Below, one piece after another: positions 19,212 to 29,161 of a DNA stretch of 64,000 nucleotides (positions are counted from its first letter, which is position 1; every line of letters starts with the position of its first letter). Source of the DNA: [Candidatus Thermochlorobacteriaceae] bacterium GBChlB (GTDB lineage: Bacteria; Bacteroidota; Chlorobiia; Chlorobiales; Thermochlorobacteraceae); assembly GCA_000724175.1 (NCBI GenBank), contig JPGV01000006.1, positions 28,630 to 92,629 of the forward strand. Reading direction: 5' to 3'. The position numbers and the translations under genes are program-made. The notes beneath the pieces are model-generated. The model saw only the letters and a list, made by a program, of their open reading frames with translations. It did not search any database and was not told the origin of the DNA.

Positions 19212-19673
19212 ATGGATACGATAATGACTTCGCAATACGAATTGGAGAGGGTCAAGCCTGCGCCGCGATTTAAGCACAGCCGTGTTCAGACAAACGTTAT
19301 TATGGCGTTATCAGCTTACCGAACACAATATGATGTCCTGCCCGAACTCGACATTGTCTTGAACGGAAAACCATTTGTGCCAGATATTTGCGTGTGTCCG
19401 AAGGGAACGCCGAATTGGGCGGGCGAAGAGGAGCCGTTTTGTGAACCGCCGCTCATCGTCATTGAAATCATCTCGCCGAGTCAGTCGATTGAGCATCTGC
19501 TCTCGCGAGCGAAAGACTATCTCGCAGCGGGCGCGGCGTGGATCACTGTGCCTGCGGTTCAAACGCTCTATGTGATGCACGGGCCAAACGACAAACCAAA
19601 ACCGTTTATTGACGGCATTGTCAGAGACGAGAAAACGGGCATTGAAGTGAATGTGCCGTCGCTGTTCCAATAA
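19212..19673 (+). CDS. Uma2 family putative endonuclease
   Basis: P...H..VQ, PEL, VPDI, PLIVIEIISPSQ and K.Y pattern. Confidence 0.85.
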   Translation: MDTIMTSQYELERVKPAPRFKHSRVQTNVIMALSAYRTQYDVLPELDIVLNGKPFVPDICVCPKGTPNWAGEEEPFCEPPLIVIEIISPSQSIEHLLSRAKDYLAAGAAWITVPAVQTLYVMHGPNDKPKPFIDGIVRDEKTGIEVNVPSLFQ

Positions 19674-19694
19674 ATCGCATCAAGCGGAAAAAGT

Positions 19695-19722
19695 AAAAGG
19701 CGTCTTTCCAGAGACGCCTTTT
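19695..19722. terminator. bidirectional intrinsic terminator between uma2 and icd
   Basis: AAAAGGCGTCT-ttccag-AGACGCCTTTT inverted repeat between convergent genes. Confidence 0.85.
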
Positions 19723-19744
19723 TCGTTGCATCATTCCATCGTTC

Positions 19745-21013
19745 TCAAAGATGCTTGACAACTTCTTTGGCAAACTCGGAGCATTTGACTTCCTTTGCGC
19801 CGTCCATGAGGCGAGCAAAGTCGTAGGTTACGGTCTTTTGTCCGATTGCGCCGTTCAAGCCTTTGATGATGAGGTCGGCGGCTTCGGTCCAGCCAAGATA
19901 GCGGAACATCATTTCGCCTGAAAGAATCACCGAGCCGGGATTGACTTTATCCTGCCCTGCATACTTTGGCGCAGTGCCGTGCGTGGCTTCAAAGACCGCG
20001 TAACCGGTTTCGTAGTTGATGTTCGCACCGGGCGCAATGCCAATGCCGCCGACTTGTGCCGCCAAAGCATCGGAAATGTAATCGCCGTTCAGGTTAAGCG
20101 TCGCAATCACATCGTATTCTGCTGGGCGCGTGAGAATTTGTTGCAAGAAGGCATCGGCAATCACGTCTTTAATGACAATGCCATTTGGCAATTTGCACCA
20201 AGGACCTCCGTCAATTTCTACCGCACCAAATTCCGCTTTGGCAAGTTCGTAGCCCCATTCACGGAAACCGCCTTCGGTATATTTCATAATGTTACCTTTA
20301 TGCACCAGCGTAACCGACTTGCGGTTGTTGGCAATCGCATAACGAATCGCCGCACGAATGAGCCGCTTTGAGCCTTCTTCCGAAACAGGCTTGACGCCGA
20401 TTGCGGACGTTTCAGGAAATCGGATTTTATTCACCTTCATTTCCTTTTGCAGAAAGTCAATCACCTTTTTGACTTCGGGCGTGCCGGCTTTGTATTCAAT
20501 GCCTGCGTAAATGTCTTCGGTGTTTTCGCGGAAGATGACCATGTCGACAAGTTCAGGGTGCTTGACAGGCGAAGGCACGCCGTTGAAATACTGCACGGGA
20601 CGCACGCACGCATACAAATCCATCATTTGCCGAAGCGCAACGTTGATGCTACGGAATCCGCCGCCGACGGGCGTGGTAAGCGGTCCCTTGATACCGACGC
20701 GATACTCCGTAATGGCTTTGAGCGTATCGTCAGGCAGCCAGATTTCTTTTTCATAGACCTTGTTCGCTTTCTCGCCGGCATAGACTTCAAACCAAACGAT
20801 TTCGCGCTTGCCGCCGTAGGCTTTTTTGACTGCGGCATCGAAGACCATCTGCGAGGCAGGCCAAATATCCACGCCTGTCCCATCACCTTCAATGAAGGGA
20901 ATAATGGGATTATCAGGCACATTCAACTTGCCGTCTGACATCGTGATTTTTTCGCCGCGTGCAGGGGGCGCGAGGCGTTCATACTTGATTTGTTCGGTTA
21001 CGAGTGCTGACAT
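19745..21013 (-). CDS. icd: isocitrate dehydrogenase (E. coli-type dimeric)
   Basis: [34 protein letters not shown] and [12 protein letters not shown]; start reassigned to ATG 21013. Confidence 0.97.
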   Translation of the reverse strand: MSALVTEQIKYERLAPPARGEKITMSDGKLNVPDNPIIPFIEGDGTGVDIWPASQMVFDAAVKKAYGGKREIVWFEVYAGEKANKVYEKEIWLPDDTLKAITEYRVGIKGPLTTPVGGGFRSINVALRQMMDLYACVRPVQYFNGVPSPVKHPELVDMVIFRENTEDIYAGIEYKAGTPEVKKVIDFLQKEMKVNKIRFPETSAIGVKPVSEEGSKRLIRAAIRYAIANNRKSVTLVHKGNIMKYTEGGFREWGYELAKAEFGAVEIDGGPWCKLPNGIVIKDVIADAFLQQILTRPAEYDVIATLNLNGDYISDALAAQVGGIGIAPGANINYETGYAVFEATHGTAPKYAGQDKVNPGSVILSGEMMFRYLGWTEAADLIIKGLNGAIGQKTVTYDFARLMDGAKEVKCSEFAKEVVKHL

Positions 21014-21054
21014 ACTGCGTTCATTTTTAGTTGTTGGAAAATGTGCCACTGTGC

Positions 21055-22008
21055 TTACCAATTTCCGAGATAATCCCACTCAAATTTTGTGAGCAGGCGT
21101 CCAAGTCGTTTAACCAATTTTTCAGTGGTATGTTTGCCGCGAAAATCCACCGCATAATGCTTTTTTCCCTCGGAAGAAATGACGGCTTCAATGTCGCGAA
21201 ATTCGTTCGCTGAAAGCTTGCGATGATGATACGCTGATTGCGCGATTTCAAGTGCAAAGTCAAAATAGCAATACTGCATTACAAGGACGATGGCGCGCAC
21301 CAGTTTTGCCTTATCGTAGAAATGGCTTTCAGGCGATAGGGCTGGAATATCGCGAAAATAAATCGCATCGCCCGCAACTAATTGTCCTTTCGGACCGCCC
21401 AACGTCGCGCCGACTTTGCGTTTGAAATAGTTGCTTTTAGCTAAGTCAAAGAGCACGAACCCTTTTTCAGTAAGAAGCGAATCAATGTCGCGAAAAAACG
21501 GCGCGTTGGTAAAAACGGGATTGAACCACACTTCGACTTCAATCGCAAACGTGTGGTTGAGCGTTTCTGCGGCGCCGTTGAGAATATCGCGCTCAAACCC
21601 TTCGGTATCAATTTTCAAATAATCGACATCTTCAATGCCTGATTGCTTGAGAACGGCGTCGAGCGTGTTGGTTTGAATTGGGATTTCGCGCTTGATGGCG
21701 TAGTTGGGTTCTGATACAAATCGGCTTAGAAATGGGCAGTTCGGTCGGAAAAGCGAACTGCTTCCTTCGGCAACCAAAAGATGAAATGTTCTCTGTTCAA
21801 CTTTTTCTCCGACGGCGAAAGGCAGATACTTGACAAATGTATCGCCTTTTGCGTTCAGAGCGGCACATTCCTGTTCATCGGGTTCAAATCCGGTAATTTG
21901 TACTGGAAAGTGATGGATTAGTTTTAACCATCGCGGATGAATGCCTGCGCGAGCGCCAATATCAATCAAGGTCAGAGGCGCGTCAGAGTAATTTTTAAGC
22001 GCGTGCAT
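21055..22008 (-). CDS. FkbM family methyltransferase
   Basis: [22 protein letters not shown] and EVEVWF. Confidence 0.85.
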   Translation of the reverse strand: MHALKNYSDAPLTLIDIGARAGIHPRWLKLIHHFPVQITGFEPDEQECAALNAKGDTFVKYLPFAVGEKVEQRTFHLLVAEGSSSLFRPNCPFLSRFVSEPNYAIKREIPIQTNTLDAVLKQSGIEDVDYLKIDTEGFERDILNGAAETLNHTFAIEVEVWFNPVFTNAPFFRDIDSLLTEKGFVLFDLAKSNYFKRKVGATLGGPKGQLVAGDAIYFRDIPALSPESHFYDKAKLVRAIVLVMQYCYFDFALEIAQSAYHHRKLSANEFRDIEAVISSEGKKHYAVDFRGKHTTEKLVKRLGRLLTKFEWDYLGNW

Positions 22009-22055
22009 TTATTTGAGGTGTTTTACTTTTTCCATTTTCCGTAGCGCATTGAGCG

Positions 22056-22955
22056 TCATCGAACCTGCTCCGATTTGAGTTGCGGCGGTGCGAACTCCTC
22101 AAAGCCCGCTTGTTTGACCAACTCGTCGTGTTGAAGGGCATGGTGCATCAGGCGGAGGAAGGGCAGCGTGGTGCCCATCATACTGTATCCTCCATCGTGA
22201 TACAAGTTTTGCATCGTTACCTTGCGCGAGAGGTCGGAGAGCAGCATAACGGCGAAATCAGCGCATTCTTCGGCAGAGGCGTTGCCGAGCGGCGAATGTA
22301 GGTTCGAATACTCGAACATTTTATCAAAGTCGTCAATGCCGCTTCCGGCGCGCGTCATCGTCGGGCTTTGCGAAATGGTGTTGATGCGAATACCACGTTT
22401 GGCAAGGCGCGGTCCGTAGCTGCGGACAATAGATTCAAGGAGTGCTTTCGCGTCGCCCATGTCCGAATACGTCCAATAGTTTTTTTGCGCGGCAATGTAG
22501 GAAAGGGCGATAATCGAGCCGAAGTCGTTGATGGCATTGTGCTGCATTGCCACCGTGATAATCTTGTGCAGTGAGATTGCCGACACATCGAGCGTTTTCA
22601 TAAACCATTCGTAGTTCAAGTCTTCGTAGGCTTTTTCCTTGCGAATGTTCTGCGACATGCCGACCGAATGGACGATGAAATCCACCGTGCCGAATTTTTC
22701 TTTGAGTTCTGCGAAGCCTGCGTTGAGTTCATCTATGTTGGTTACATCGCAGAGAATCAAGGGCGTGCCAAGCAGTTCGGAAAGTTGCTTGACCTTACCG
22801 ACACGTGCTGCGACGGCAATGTTCGAGACCGCCACTTCTGCGCCTTCACGATGCGCCGCCAGCGCAATGCTCCAGCCGATTGAACTTTCATCGAAAGGTC
22901 CAAACACAATACCTTTCTTGCCTTTGAGCAATCCGTAGGATTTTTGTTCCGACAT
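22056..22955 (-). CDS. fabI: enoyl-ACP reductase
   Basis: YGLLKGKKGIVFG, YxxMxxxK (YSDMGDAK) and RINTISQSPT. Confidence 0.9.
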   Translation of the reverse strand: MSEQKSYGLLKGKKGIVFGPFDESSIGWSIALAAHREGAEVAVSNIAVAARVGKVKQLSELLGTPLILCDVTNIDELNAGFAELKEKFGTVDFIVHSVGMSQNIRKEKAYEDLNYEWFMKTLDVSAISLHKIITVAMQHNAINDFGSIIALSYIAAQKNYWTYSDMGDAKALLESIVRSYGPRLAKRGIRINTISQSPTMTRAGSGIDDFDKMFEYSNLHSPLGNASAEECADFAVMLLSDLSRKVTMQNLYHDGGYSMMGTTLPFLRLMHHALQHDELVKQAGFEEFAPPQLKSEQVR

Positions 22956-23135
22956 AACCGAGTAAGAATTTTCTGAAAAAAGTTGTTTTTGAACAGAGCG
23001 ACAGGAACTGCATCACAAAAGGATTTGAAGATACGGCTTTGGCGATGAAAAGAAAAGAGACAACTGAACGATTAGAAAACTTTTGTAGTTCGAACTGGCT
23101 CTTTTCAACAGCAGTTCGAAACAACTCCATGTTCT

Positions 23136-25952
23136 ATGGCAAGACTCGCCGTTTTCGTTACATTTTTGTGCATCTCAGCTTCGGCGGTTGCACAGTCCTT
23201 CACGGTTCAAGGGAAAATTGTAGCGGAAAGTGACAAGTCTCCGCTTGTAGGTGCGCGTATTGTTCTCTCGCGCGTTCCCGATTCCACCAATAAAGTCGGC
23301 GCGATTAGCAATGCCAACGGGCTTTTTTCCATCTCGAACCTTTCGGCGGGGAAATACGCCGTCCGCGTCAGTTTCATCGGTTACAAAAGCACGCTCAATT
23401 TTATCGACCTTTCGGCGAACATGAACCTCGGCACAATTGCCCTCAAAGAGGGCGAAGCCACCGCCGATGAAATTGTCGTCGAAGAACGCTTGCTGACGGC
23501 AGTGCAGTTGGGCGATACTGTGCAATTCAACGCCAAGGCGTTCAAAGTCAATCCTGATGCAACCGCAGAAGATTTAATTACCAAGATGCCAACCATCACG
23601 ATACAAAACGGCAGAGTGCAAGCACAGGGCGAGCAAGTGCGGCAAGTGTTGGTCGATGGCAAACCGTTCTTCGGTGAAGACCCAAGCGCAGTCTTGAAAA
23701 ACCTGCCTGCTGAAATGATCGATAAAATTCAAGTCTTCGACCAGCAAAGCGAGCAAGCGCGGTTTTCTGGCGTCGAGGACGGCAACACGACGAAAACTAT
23801 CAACATCATCACCAAGCCTGCGTATCGCAATGGGTCTTTCGGCAGAGCATTTGCAGGCTACGGCGAAAACCAGAGCTACAAGTCGGGCGGCAATTTGAAC
23901 ATCTTCAACGACGAGAGGCGCATCTCCATCATCGGTCAATCCAACAATGTCAATGAACAAAATTTTGCGTCCGAAGACCTCTTGGGCGTAGCCAGTTCGG
24001 GCGGACAGGGCGGCGGACGACGGGGCGGCGGGTTCGGCGGCGCGGGAGGATTCGGCGGCGGCTTCATTGGCAGACCACCCGGCGGCGCGTTCAATTCAAA
24101 TCCGACCGATAACTTTCTTGTCAGCCAGCAAAATGGGCTTATCACTACACACGCGCTCGGCGGCAACTATGTTGACAACTGGGGTAAAGCGACGGACGTC
24201 TCGGGCAGTTACTTCTTTAACCAGAGCGACAATCGCGCCAGAACCTCGCTTCTGCGCCAGTTTATTTTGCCGTCGCAAACGGGTCAAACCTATTCGGAGA
24301 CAAATTTATCGGACGCTCGGAACATCAACCACCGCGTGAACTTTCGACTCGACCACAATTTTGATGAGACCAATTCGCTGCTCATTGTTCCGCGCCTAAC
24401 CGTGCAGCGCAACCGCGGCGACAACGATTTGCTCGGCACGACGGCATTGCCGGCTTCAACCCTTGGCAGCACACAAAACGCGTTCTTCTCCGACCTCTCC
24501 GCCATTCGATTCTCGAATCAACTCTTGTATCGCCATCGCTTTTCAATCGGACGCACGCTCTCGCTCTCGCTCAATACCAACTACAATCAAAGCGACGGCG
24601 AAAGCAACTTGGACGCGGTCAATCAGTTCTTTCAAGCCAACGCCATTTCACGCACCGATTCGCTCAATCAATTTTCAAATACGCGGCAACGCGGCTGGGC
24701 TTGGACAGGCAACGCCACATACACTGAACCGCTTGCGCTCGCGCAAGTCTTGCAGTTCAGCTACACTGCGAACTACCGACCCAACTCCGCCAACAACGAA
24801 ACATTCAGTCGCCGACCGCTCACCAATGTCTTCGCACTCGACACGGCGCTAACCAATCGAATCGAGAGCGCTTACTTAACACAAGCAGCAACGGCAGGCT
24901 ATCGATATTTCAGCCGTGATGTCATTCTCTCGCTTAACGTTGGCTATCAGTGGGCGACCTTGAACAGCTCGCAGGAGTTTCCATTTGCGTTCACATTGGG
25001 ACGCGCATTTCAAAATGTCTTGCCGTCGCTCTTCTTTCGATTGCGCTTCTCGGAAAATCAAAACATGTTCGTCGCTTATCGCACCAACACCGCAGAGCCA
25101 ACGGTTACGCAACTGCAAGAAGTCTTGAACAACGCAAATCCGCTCTTGCTCTCCATCGGCAATCAATCGCTCAATCAAGAATTTCAACACAACCTGACAT
25201 TCCGATACTCGTCGGTCGATGTGCAACAAGCAAGTTCGTTTTTCTTCTTGCTCAATGCGAACTTTCGGCGGGACTACATTGGAAACAGCACGATTGTGGC
25301 AGCGCGCGATACAACAGTTGGCAATGGCATTCGACTGCGCACAGGGTCGCAGCTCTCGCAGCCCATCAATCTCAACGGGTTCTATTCTTTGCGCGGGTTG
25401 GTCTCTTACGGCGTGCCGCTTTCGTTTATTCAGACAAATCTAAATTTGAGTTTATCGGCAAATTTCTCACGCACACCAGCACTGCTCAACGGCGCGGAGA
25501 ACATCGCCACTGCGCCCTCGATAACGGCGGGCATTACGCTCAGCAGCAACATCAGCGACAAATTAGACTTCACGATTTCATCGAATACCAACGTCGGTAC
25601 ATCGCAAAATTCATTACAGCCGCAACTCAACAACCAGTTTCTCAATCAACAAAGCCGCGCGCGTGTCAATTGGATTTTCGGCGATGGGTTTGTGATTCAA
25701 ACCGAACTGGCGCATCAATACTTTACGGGACTGACCGAGGGGTTTAACCAAAATTTCCTTTTGTGGAACGCCAGCGTCGGCAAAAAACTCTTCGACAATC
25801 GCGCTGAAATCCGACTCGTTGTGTTCGATATTCTCAAACAAAATAACAGCATTCAGCGCAGTTTTACCGAGGCGTTCATCGAGGATACGCGGACGGACAT
25901 CCTTCAGCGCTACCTGATGCTGACATTTACTTACAACCTACGGGCGAATTAA
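23136..25952 (+). CDS. outer-membrane beta-barrel protein with N-terminal carboxypeptidase-regulatory-like domain (TonB-receptor-like, FCB family)
   Basis: Signal peptide, VSFIGY, GDTVQFNAKAFK..AEDLITKMP, Gly-rich insert, C-terminal YLMLTFTYNL. Confidence 0.85.
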   Translation: MARLAVFVTFLCISASAVAQSFTVQGKIVAESDKSPLVGARIVLSRVPDSTNKVGAISNANGLFSISNLSAGKYAVRVSFIGYKSTLNFIDLSANMNLGTIALKEGEATADEIVVEERLLTAVQLGDTVQFNAKAFKVNPDATAEDLITKMPTITIQNGRVQAQGEQVRQVLVDGKPFFGEDPSAVLKNLPAEMIDKIQVFDQQSEQARFSGVEDGNTTKTINIITKPAYRNGSFGRAFAGYGENQSYKSGGNLNIFNDERRISIIGQSNNVNEQNFASEDLLGVASSGGQGGGRRGGGFGGAGGFGGGFIGRPPGGAFNSNPTDNFLVSQQNGLITTHALGGNYVDNWGKATDVSGSYFFNQSDNRARTSLLRQFILPSQTGQTYSETNLSDARNINHRVNFRLDHNFDETNSLLIVPRLTVQRNRGDNDLLGTTALPASTLGSTQNAFFSDLSAIRFSNQLLYRHRFSIGRTLSLSLNTNYNQSDGESNLDAVNQFFQANAISRTDSLNQFSNTRQRGWAWTGNATYTEPLALAQVLQFSYTANYRPNSANNETFSRRPLTNVFALDTALTNRIESAYLTQAATAGYRYFSRDVILSLNVGYQWATLNSSQEFPFAFTLGRAFQNVLPSLFFRLRFSENQNMFVAYRTNTAEPTVTQLQEVLNNANPLLLSIGNQSLNQEFQHNLTFRYSSVDVQQASSFFFLLNANFRRDYIGNSTIVAARDTTVGNGIRLRTGSQLSQPINLNGFYSLRGLVSYGVPLSFIQTNLNLSLSANFSRTPALLNGAENIATAPSITAGITLSSNISDKLDFTISSNTNVGTSQNSLQPQLNNQFLNQQSRARVNWIFGDGFVIQTELAHQYFTGLTEGFNQNFLLWNASVGKKLFDNRAEIRLVVFDILKQNNSIQRSFTEAFIEDTRTDILQRYLMLTFTYNLRAN

Positions 25953-26076
25953 GCACTCGGCTCATCGCCTAAAATGTCTTTAACAGATTGTCATACTCTT
26001 CAACTGTGAGCAGGCGTTTGGCAACGGGCGTCGTCATGGTGTCGTTTAAGTTTTCTCAAAATACGCTGAACTGATT

Positions 26077-27015
26077 TTAATACATCACTTGAACGCCTGC
26101 ACGCAGAAACCACGTATTGGCGGGATTGTACTGTTGAAGCAGCCGTGCGTCGCCCGACATGCGGTTATCGACGAGCTCTGTGCGGCGAATCACGGTGTAG
26201 CCACCCTCGAGCGAGAGATAGGTTTTCTCAATGAATTGATACCGAACAATCGGCCCTGCTGTCAGGTTCGCAAAGCCAAATTGGTTCATATTGATGCTGT
26301 TAAGCGACGCATCGCCGAGTCGATACTCGCTGCCGTTGAGCAAGAAACTCACGCCGAGCTCCCACTCCTTCGAGGGATACAACATAAAATCGACATTGCG
26401 CGGAATGATGGCGTCAATCATAAACGACTCGCCCCCGAAGTAAATGACATGTGCGATTGGCACGATTAAGACCCGACCGAAATTGCTGGTGCGAGCCGCG
26501 CCCAAGCCCAGCGTGAGTTCATCGCTGACGCGCCAGTCCACAAACGCTGCACCTTCAAAACGGCTGTGGTCGAAGACCACATTTTGAAAATCAGAGAAGA
26601 CGCCCGGACGCGCCGCCACAAACAGCGTGAAGATGTCCGACAACCGTTGTTGCCAAATGAGGTCGAGAAAAATGAAGTGCGCGGCGCGCGGCGCATCAAT
26701 CGCAGGCGCAAAAGAGGTTTCTCGGTTAGGACGCACGTTAATGCTCTGTGCAATGGAAACATATCGATACTGCGCGCCAACCGTCAGGCTCGATGCGCCG
26801 CGCTTGTCCAAAAAGATTTTAAACGATGCATTTGCCGTAAGGCTCGACGCGCTGAACGAACTGCCTGATAAACTCGGCGACGCATTGTCCAAATTCACTG
26901 CGCCAAATTGCTCGTAGCGAATGCCGAACTGTTCGCGCTGTGCTTGTGCTGAATGAGATGCGGCGACGAGAAGAAATGTGGAGAGCCAAAGCGTGTTGAA
27001 AAACCGTCTTATCAT
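26077..27015 (-). CDS. outer-membrane beta-barrel protein (possibly DUF6268-like)
   Basis: Signal peptide ending AQA, alternating beta strands, terminal FLRAGVQVMY; start reassigned to ATG 27015. Confidence 0.65.
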   Translation of the reverse strand: MIRRFFNTLWLSTFLLVAASHSAQAQREQFGIRYEQFGAVNLDNASPSLSGSSFSASSLTANASFKIFLDKRGASSLTVGAQYRYVSIAQSINVRPNRETSFAPAIDAPRAAHFIFLDLIWQQRLSDIFTLFVAARPGVFSDFQNVVFDHSRFEGAAFVDWRVSDELTLGLGAARTSNFGRVLIVPIAHVIYFGGESFMIDAIIPRNVDFMLYPSKEWELGVSFLLNGSEYRLGDASLNSINMNQFGFANLTAGPIVRYQFIEKTYLSLEGGYTVIRRTELVDNRMSGDARLLQQYNPANTWFLRAGVQVMY

Positions 27016-27209
27016 TTGTGAATTGGTGTTTGTTGATAATGTCGTAATGTCGTATTGACCGCCGCCGAAAATACACTCGCGGGCGTGAATCCAAAAACGA
27101 CGAATTGGTTGAGACCAGAGCGGATTGTATTTTCGCGCACAACGTGTTGCTGCACTTTGCCTGCGGCGATAACTCAACATTTCTAATCCATTCAAGTCCA
27201 ATCGATGCT

Positions 27210-27965
27210 ATGAAAACCATTGCCCTGATTTTGTCCGTCGCGCTCTGCGTTGTTTCGTCAGTGCAGGCGCAAGACTCCAAAGCCGTTTGCGACGAGATTG
27301 ACGCGCTGATGGAGCAAATCAAACTTGCTGATGCCAAATCGAAAGTCGACGACGCGCTCACAAAATTCCCAAACGATTTTGAAGTCAAGTGGCGTGCCTC
27401 GCGCGTTTATGTCGCCTTTGGCGATACGCAGCCAAAGAGCGAGCAGGAAAAAATTTATGTCAAAGCCAAAGAGCTTGCCGACGAGGCAATCAAGCTCAAC
27501 CCGCAAGCGTCGGTTGGCTATGTGCGTCGCGCTGCTGCGAATGGAAAAGTCGCGCTGTTCAGAGGCGTTTTGAGCGTGAAAGATTTGGTCAAGCAAACCA
27601 AAGCCGATGCCGAAAAAGCCATTCAACTCAATAGTTCAGGCGAACAAGTGCTTGCGACGGCGTATTACATTTTGGGCAGAACGCACTTGAAGCTCAGCGA
27701 GACGCCCGAAGTCATGCGTATGCCGATTGGCTTGGCGTGGGGAAATTTGGACGACGCGCTGAAACATCTCGCCAAAGCCGCTGAGTTACGCGGCGACTTC
27801 ATCATGTTCCGTTTAGACTACGCACGAGCGTTGGAAAAAGATGATAAGTTCGCCGAAGCGCGCGCGCAGTTGGAAAAAATTCCGTCGCTCAAAGCGCAGG
27901 AATACGGCGACAACGACCGCAAAAAAGAAGCCGCCGAACTTTTGGAAAAATTGAAAGGCAAGTGA
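27210..27965 (+). CDS. exported TPR protein, RMDN (regulator of microtubule dynamics)-like
   Basis: Signal peptide (VQA-QD), WRASR, AIKLNP and AYYILGR TPR-like helices. Confidence 0.7.
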   Translation: MKTIALILSVALCVVSSVQAQDSKAVCDEIDALMEQIKLADAKSKVDDALTKFPNDFEVKWRASRVYVAFGDTQPKSEQEKIYVKAKELADEAIKLNPQASVGYVRRAAANGKVALFRGVLSVKDLVKQTKADAEKAIQLNSSGEQVLATAYYILGRTHLKLSETPEVMRMPIGLAWGNLDDALKHLAKAAELRGDFIMFRLDYARALEKDDKFAEARAQLEKIPSLKAQEYGDNDRKKEAAELLEKLKGK

Positions 27966-27998
27966 ACGATTGAGCGTCGCCGACATGCGCCTCATCGT

Positions 27999-28622
27999 TT
28001 ACCGCCGTTGCCACTCGACGCGAAAGAGCGGTATATCGATATTGCCGACATTCTGCGAGCCGATGCCGACGACCGGCAGTTTGTCTTTTACCATTGAGGC
28101 GACGGTTTGCGTGACTAAAATCTCGCCGCGCCCAGCAATGTCTTCGCCTAATTTGTAAGCGATATTGACTGCGTCGCCGAAAATATCGTCCTCCAATTTC
28201 AAAAACTTGCCATACTCAATGCCGATGCAGACGTGAAAATGCTCGTCGTCGTGTTCGAGCGATGTGTTGCGTTTGAAATGCGCCTCTTGAATGGCCATTG
28301 CGCACTCGACCGCCGTGTCGACGGTGTCGAATCGCGCGATGAGGTTATCGGCTTCGTTTTTTATCAGCACGCCGCCGTGATTTTTTACGAGCGGAATCGA
28401 GAGGTGATAGCTCTGTATCAACAATGCAAGGAAGTGCAGAATGCCTTTCTGGCGCGTCGTGCGTGTAAAGCCCGATGAATCGCAAACCATGACGGCGGCA
28501 GTGGTTTCAAGCGACGATGTGATTTCTTTATCGAGCGCGTCGGCATTTTCGCGGGTGCGCGTGAGCAGTGTTTTGAAAAGGTCGTCTCGCGTCATTGATA
28601 GATGGTTTTTGTGAATGGACAT
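27999..28622 (-). CDS. stand-alone class III adenylate/guanylate cyclase domain protein
   Basis: VCDSSGFT, IKNEADN, CIGIEYG and DIFGDAVNIAYKL; start uncertain (28622 or 28595). Confidence 0.85.
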   Translation of the reverse strand: MSIHKNHLSMTRDDLFKTLLTRTRENADALDKEITSSLETTAAVMVCDSSGFTRTTRQKGILHFLALLIQSYHLSIPLVKNHGGVLIKNEADNLIARFDTVDTAVECAMAIQEAHFKRNTSLEHDDEHFHVCIGIEYGKFLKLEDDIFGDAVNIAYKLGEDIAGRGEILVTQTVASMVKDKLPVVGIGSQNVGNIDIPLFRVEWQRR

Positions 28623-28955
28623 CGCAGTGTTGCGTCGTGAAGGTGCTTGCTCGGAAGTTACGGATAATTTCTGCTTGACCAAACGCGCCGCGCTGTTTCA
28701 GATGTTGCCAGAGAGAGCGTATTTTCCCGTCCAACACTTGACCAGCGATGAAACTCACCTATGCCCTGTTGTCTTTTTGAAACTTGCCATAATCCGAACC
28801 AAAACAGCTCAGTATGTCAATTGCCAATGCACAATTTTATTGGTCAAAATCCTGAAGCCGAAAGACATTATGCACCCGAACTTTGCTGAAACCGTTGCAA
28901 CTCATTTTATTGCGTCGTGCCCGCTCAACGAATTTTTACGCTCCGCCATACTCGG

Positions 28956-29150
28956 CTAATTCGCTTTGTCGAGCATTTTTTGGAATATCTTCTTCGCGCT
29001 TCGATAATGAATTTGCTGTTCCAAAATGCAACTCATCAAATCAAAAAAAACATCGTACGTGCTTTGGGTAACGGGCTTAGGAATTGCGCCGATGATTTTC
29101 TTCAACATCGGGTCTCTCTCGGACAAAAGTTGTTTGGCGTCAATCGGCAT
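28956..29150 (-). pseudogene. truncated DNA-3-methyladenine glycosylase (AlkA/HhH-GPD) N-terminal fragment
   Basis: 64 aa: L.ERDPMLKKII...FFDLMSCILEQQIHYRSAKKIF, then TAG; no HhH continuation recognised downstream. Confidence 0.65.
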
Positions 29151-29161
29151 AACTGCGTCGT

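Noticed and set aside
23087-23120. AGTTCGAA direct repeat and palindrome upstream of the barrel gene
   Set aside because: Only two 8-mers; could be an operator but is indistinguishable from chance without comparative data.
23995-24090. GGC-rich repeat
   Set aside because: Encodes a Gly-rich loop common in this protein family; not a CRISPR or mobile repeat.
24950-25747. 265-aa alternative-frame ORF
   Set aside because: Lies inside the outer-membrane barrel gene and has no recognisable motifs.
27037-27056. TAATGTCG tandem duplication in an intergenic region
   Set aside because: Two copies only and no supporting context.
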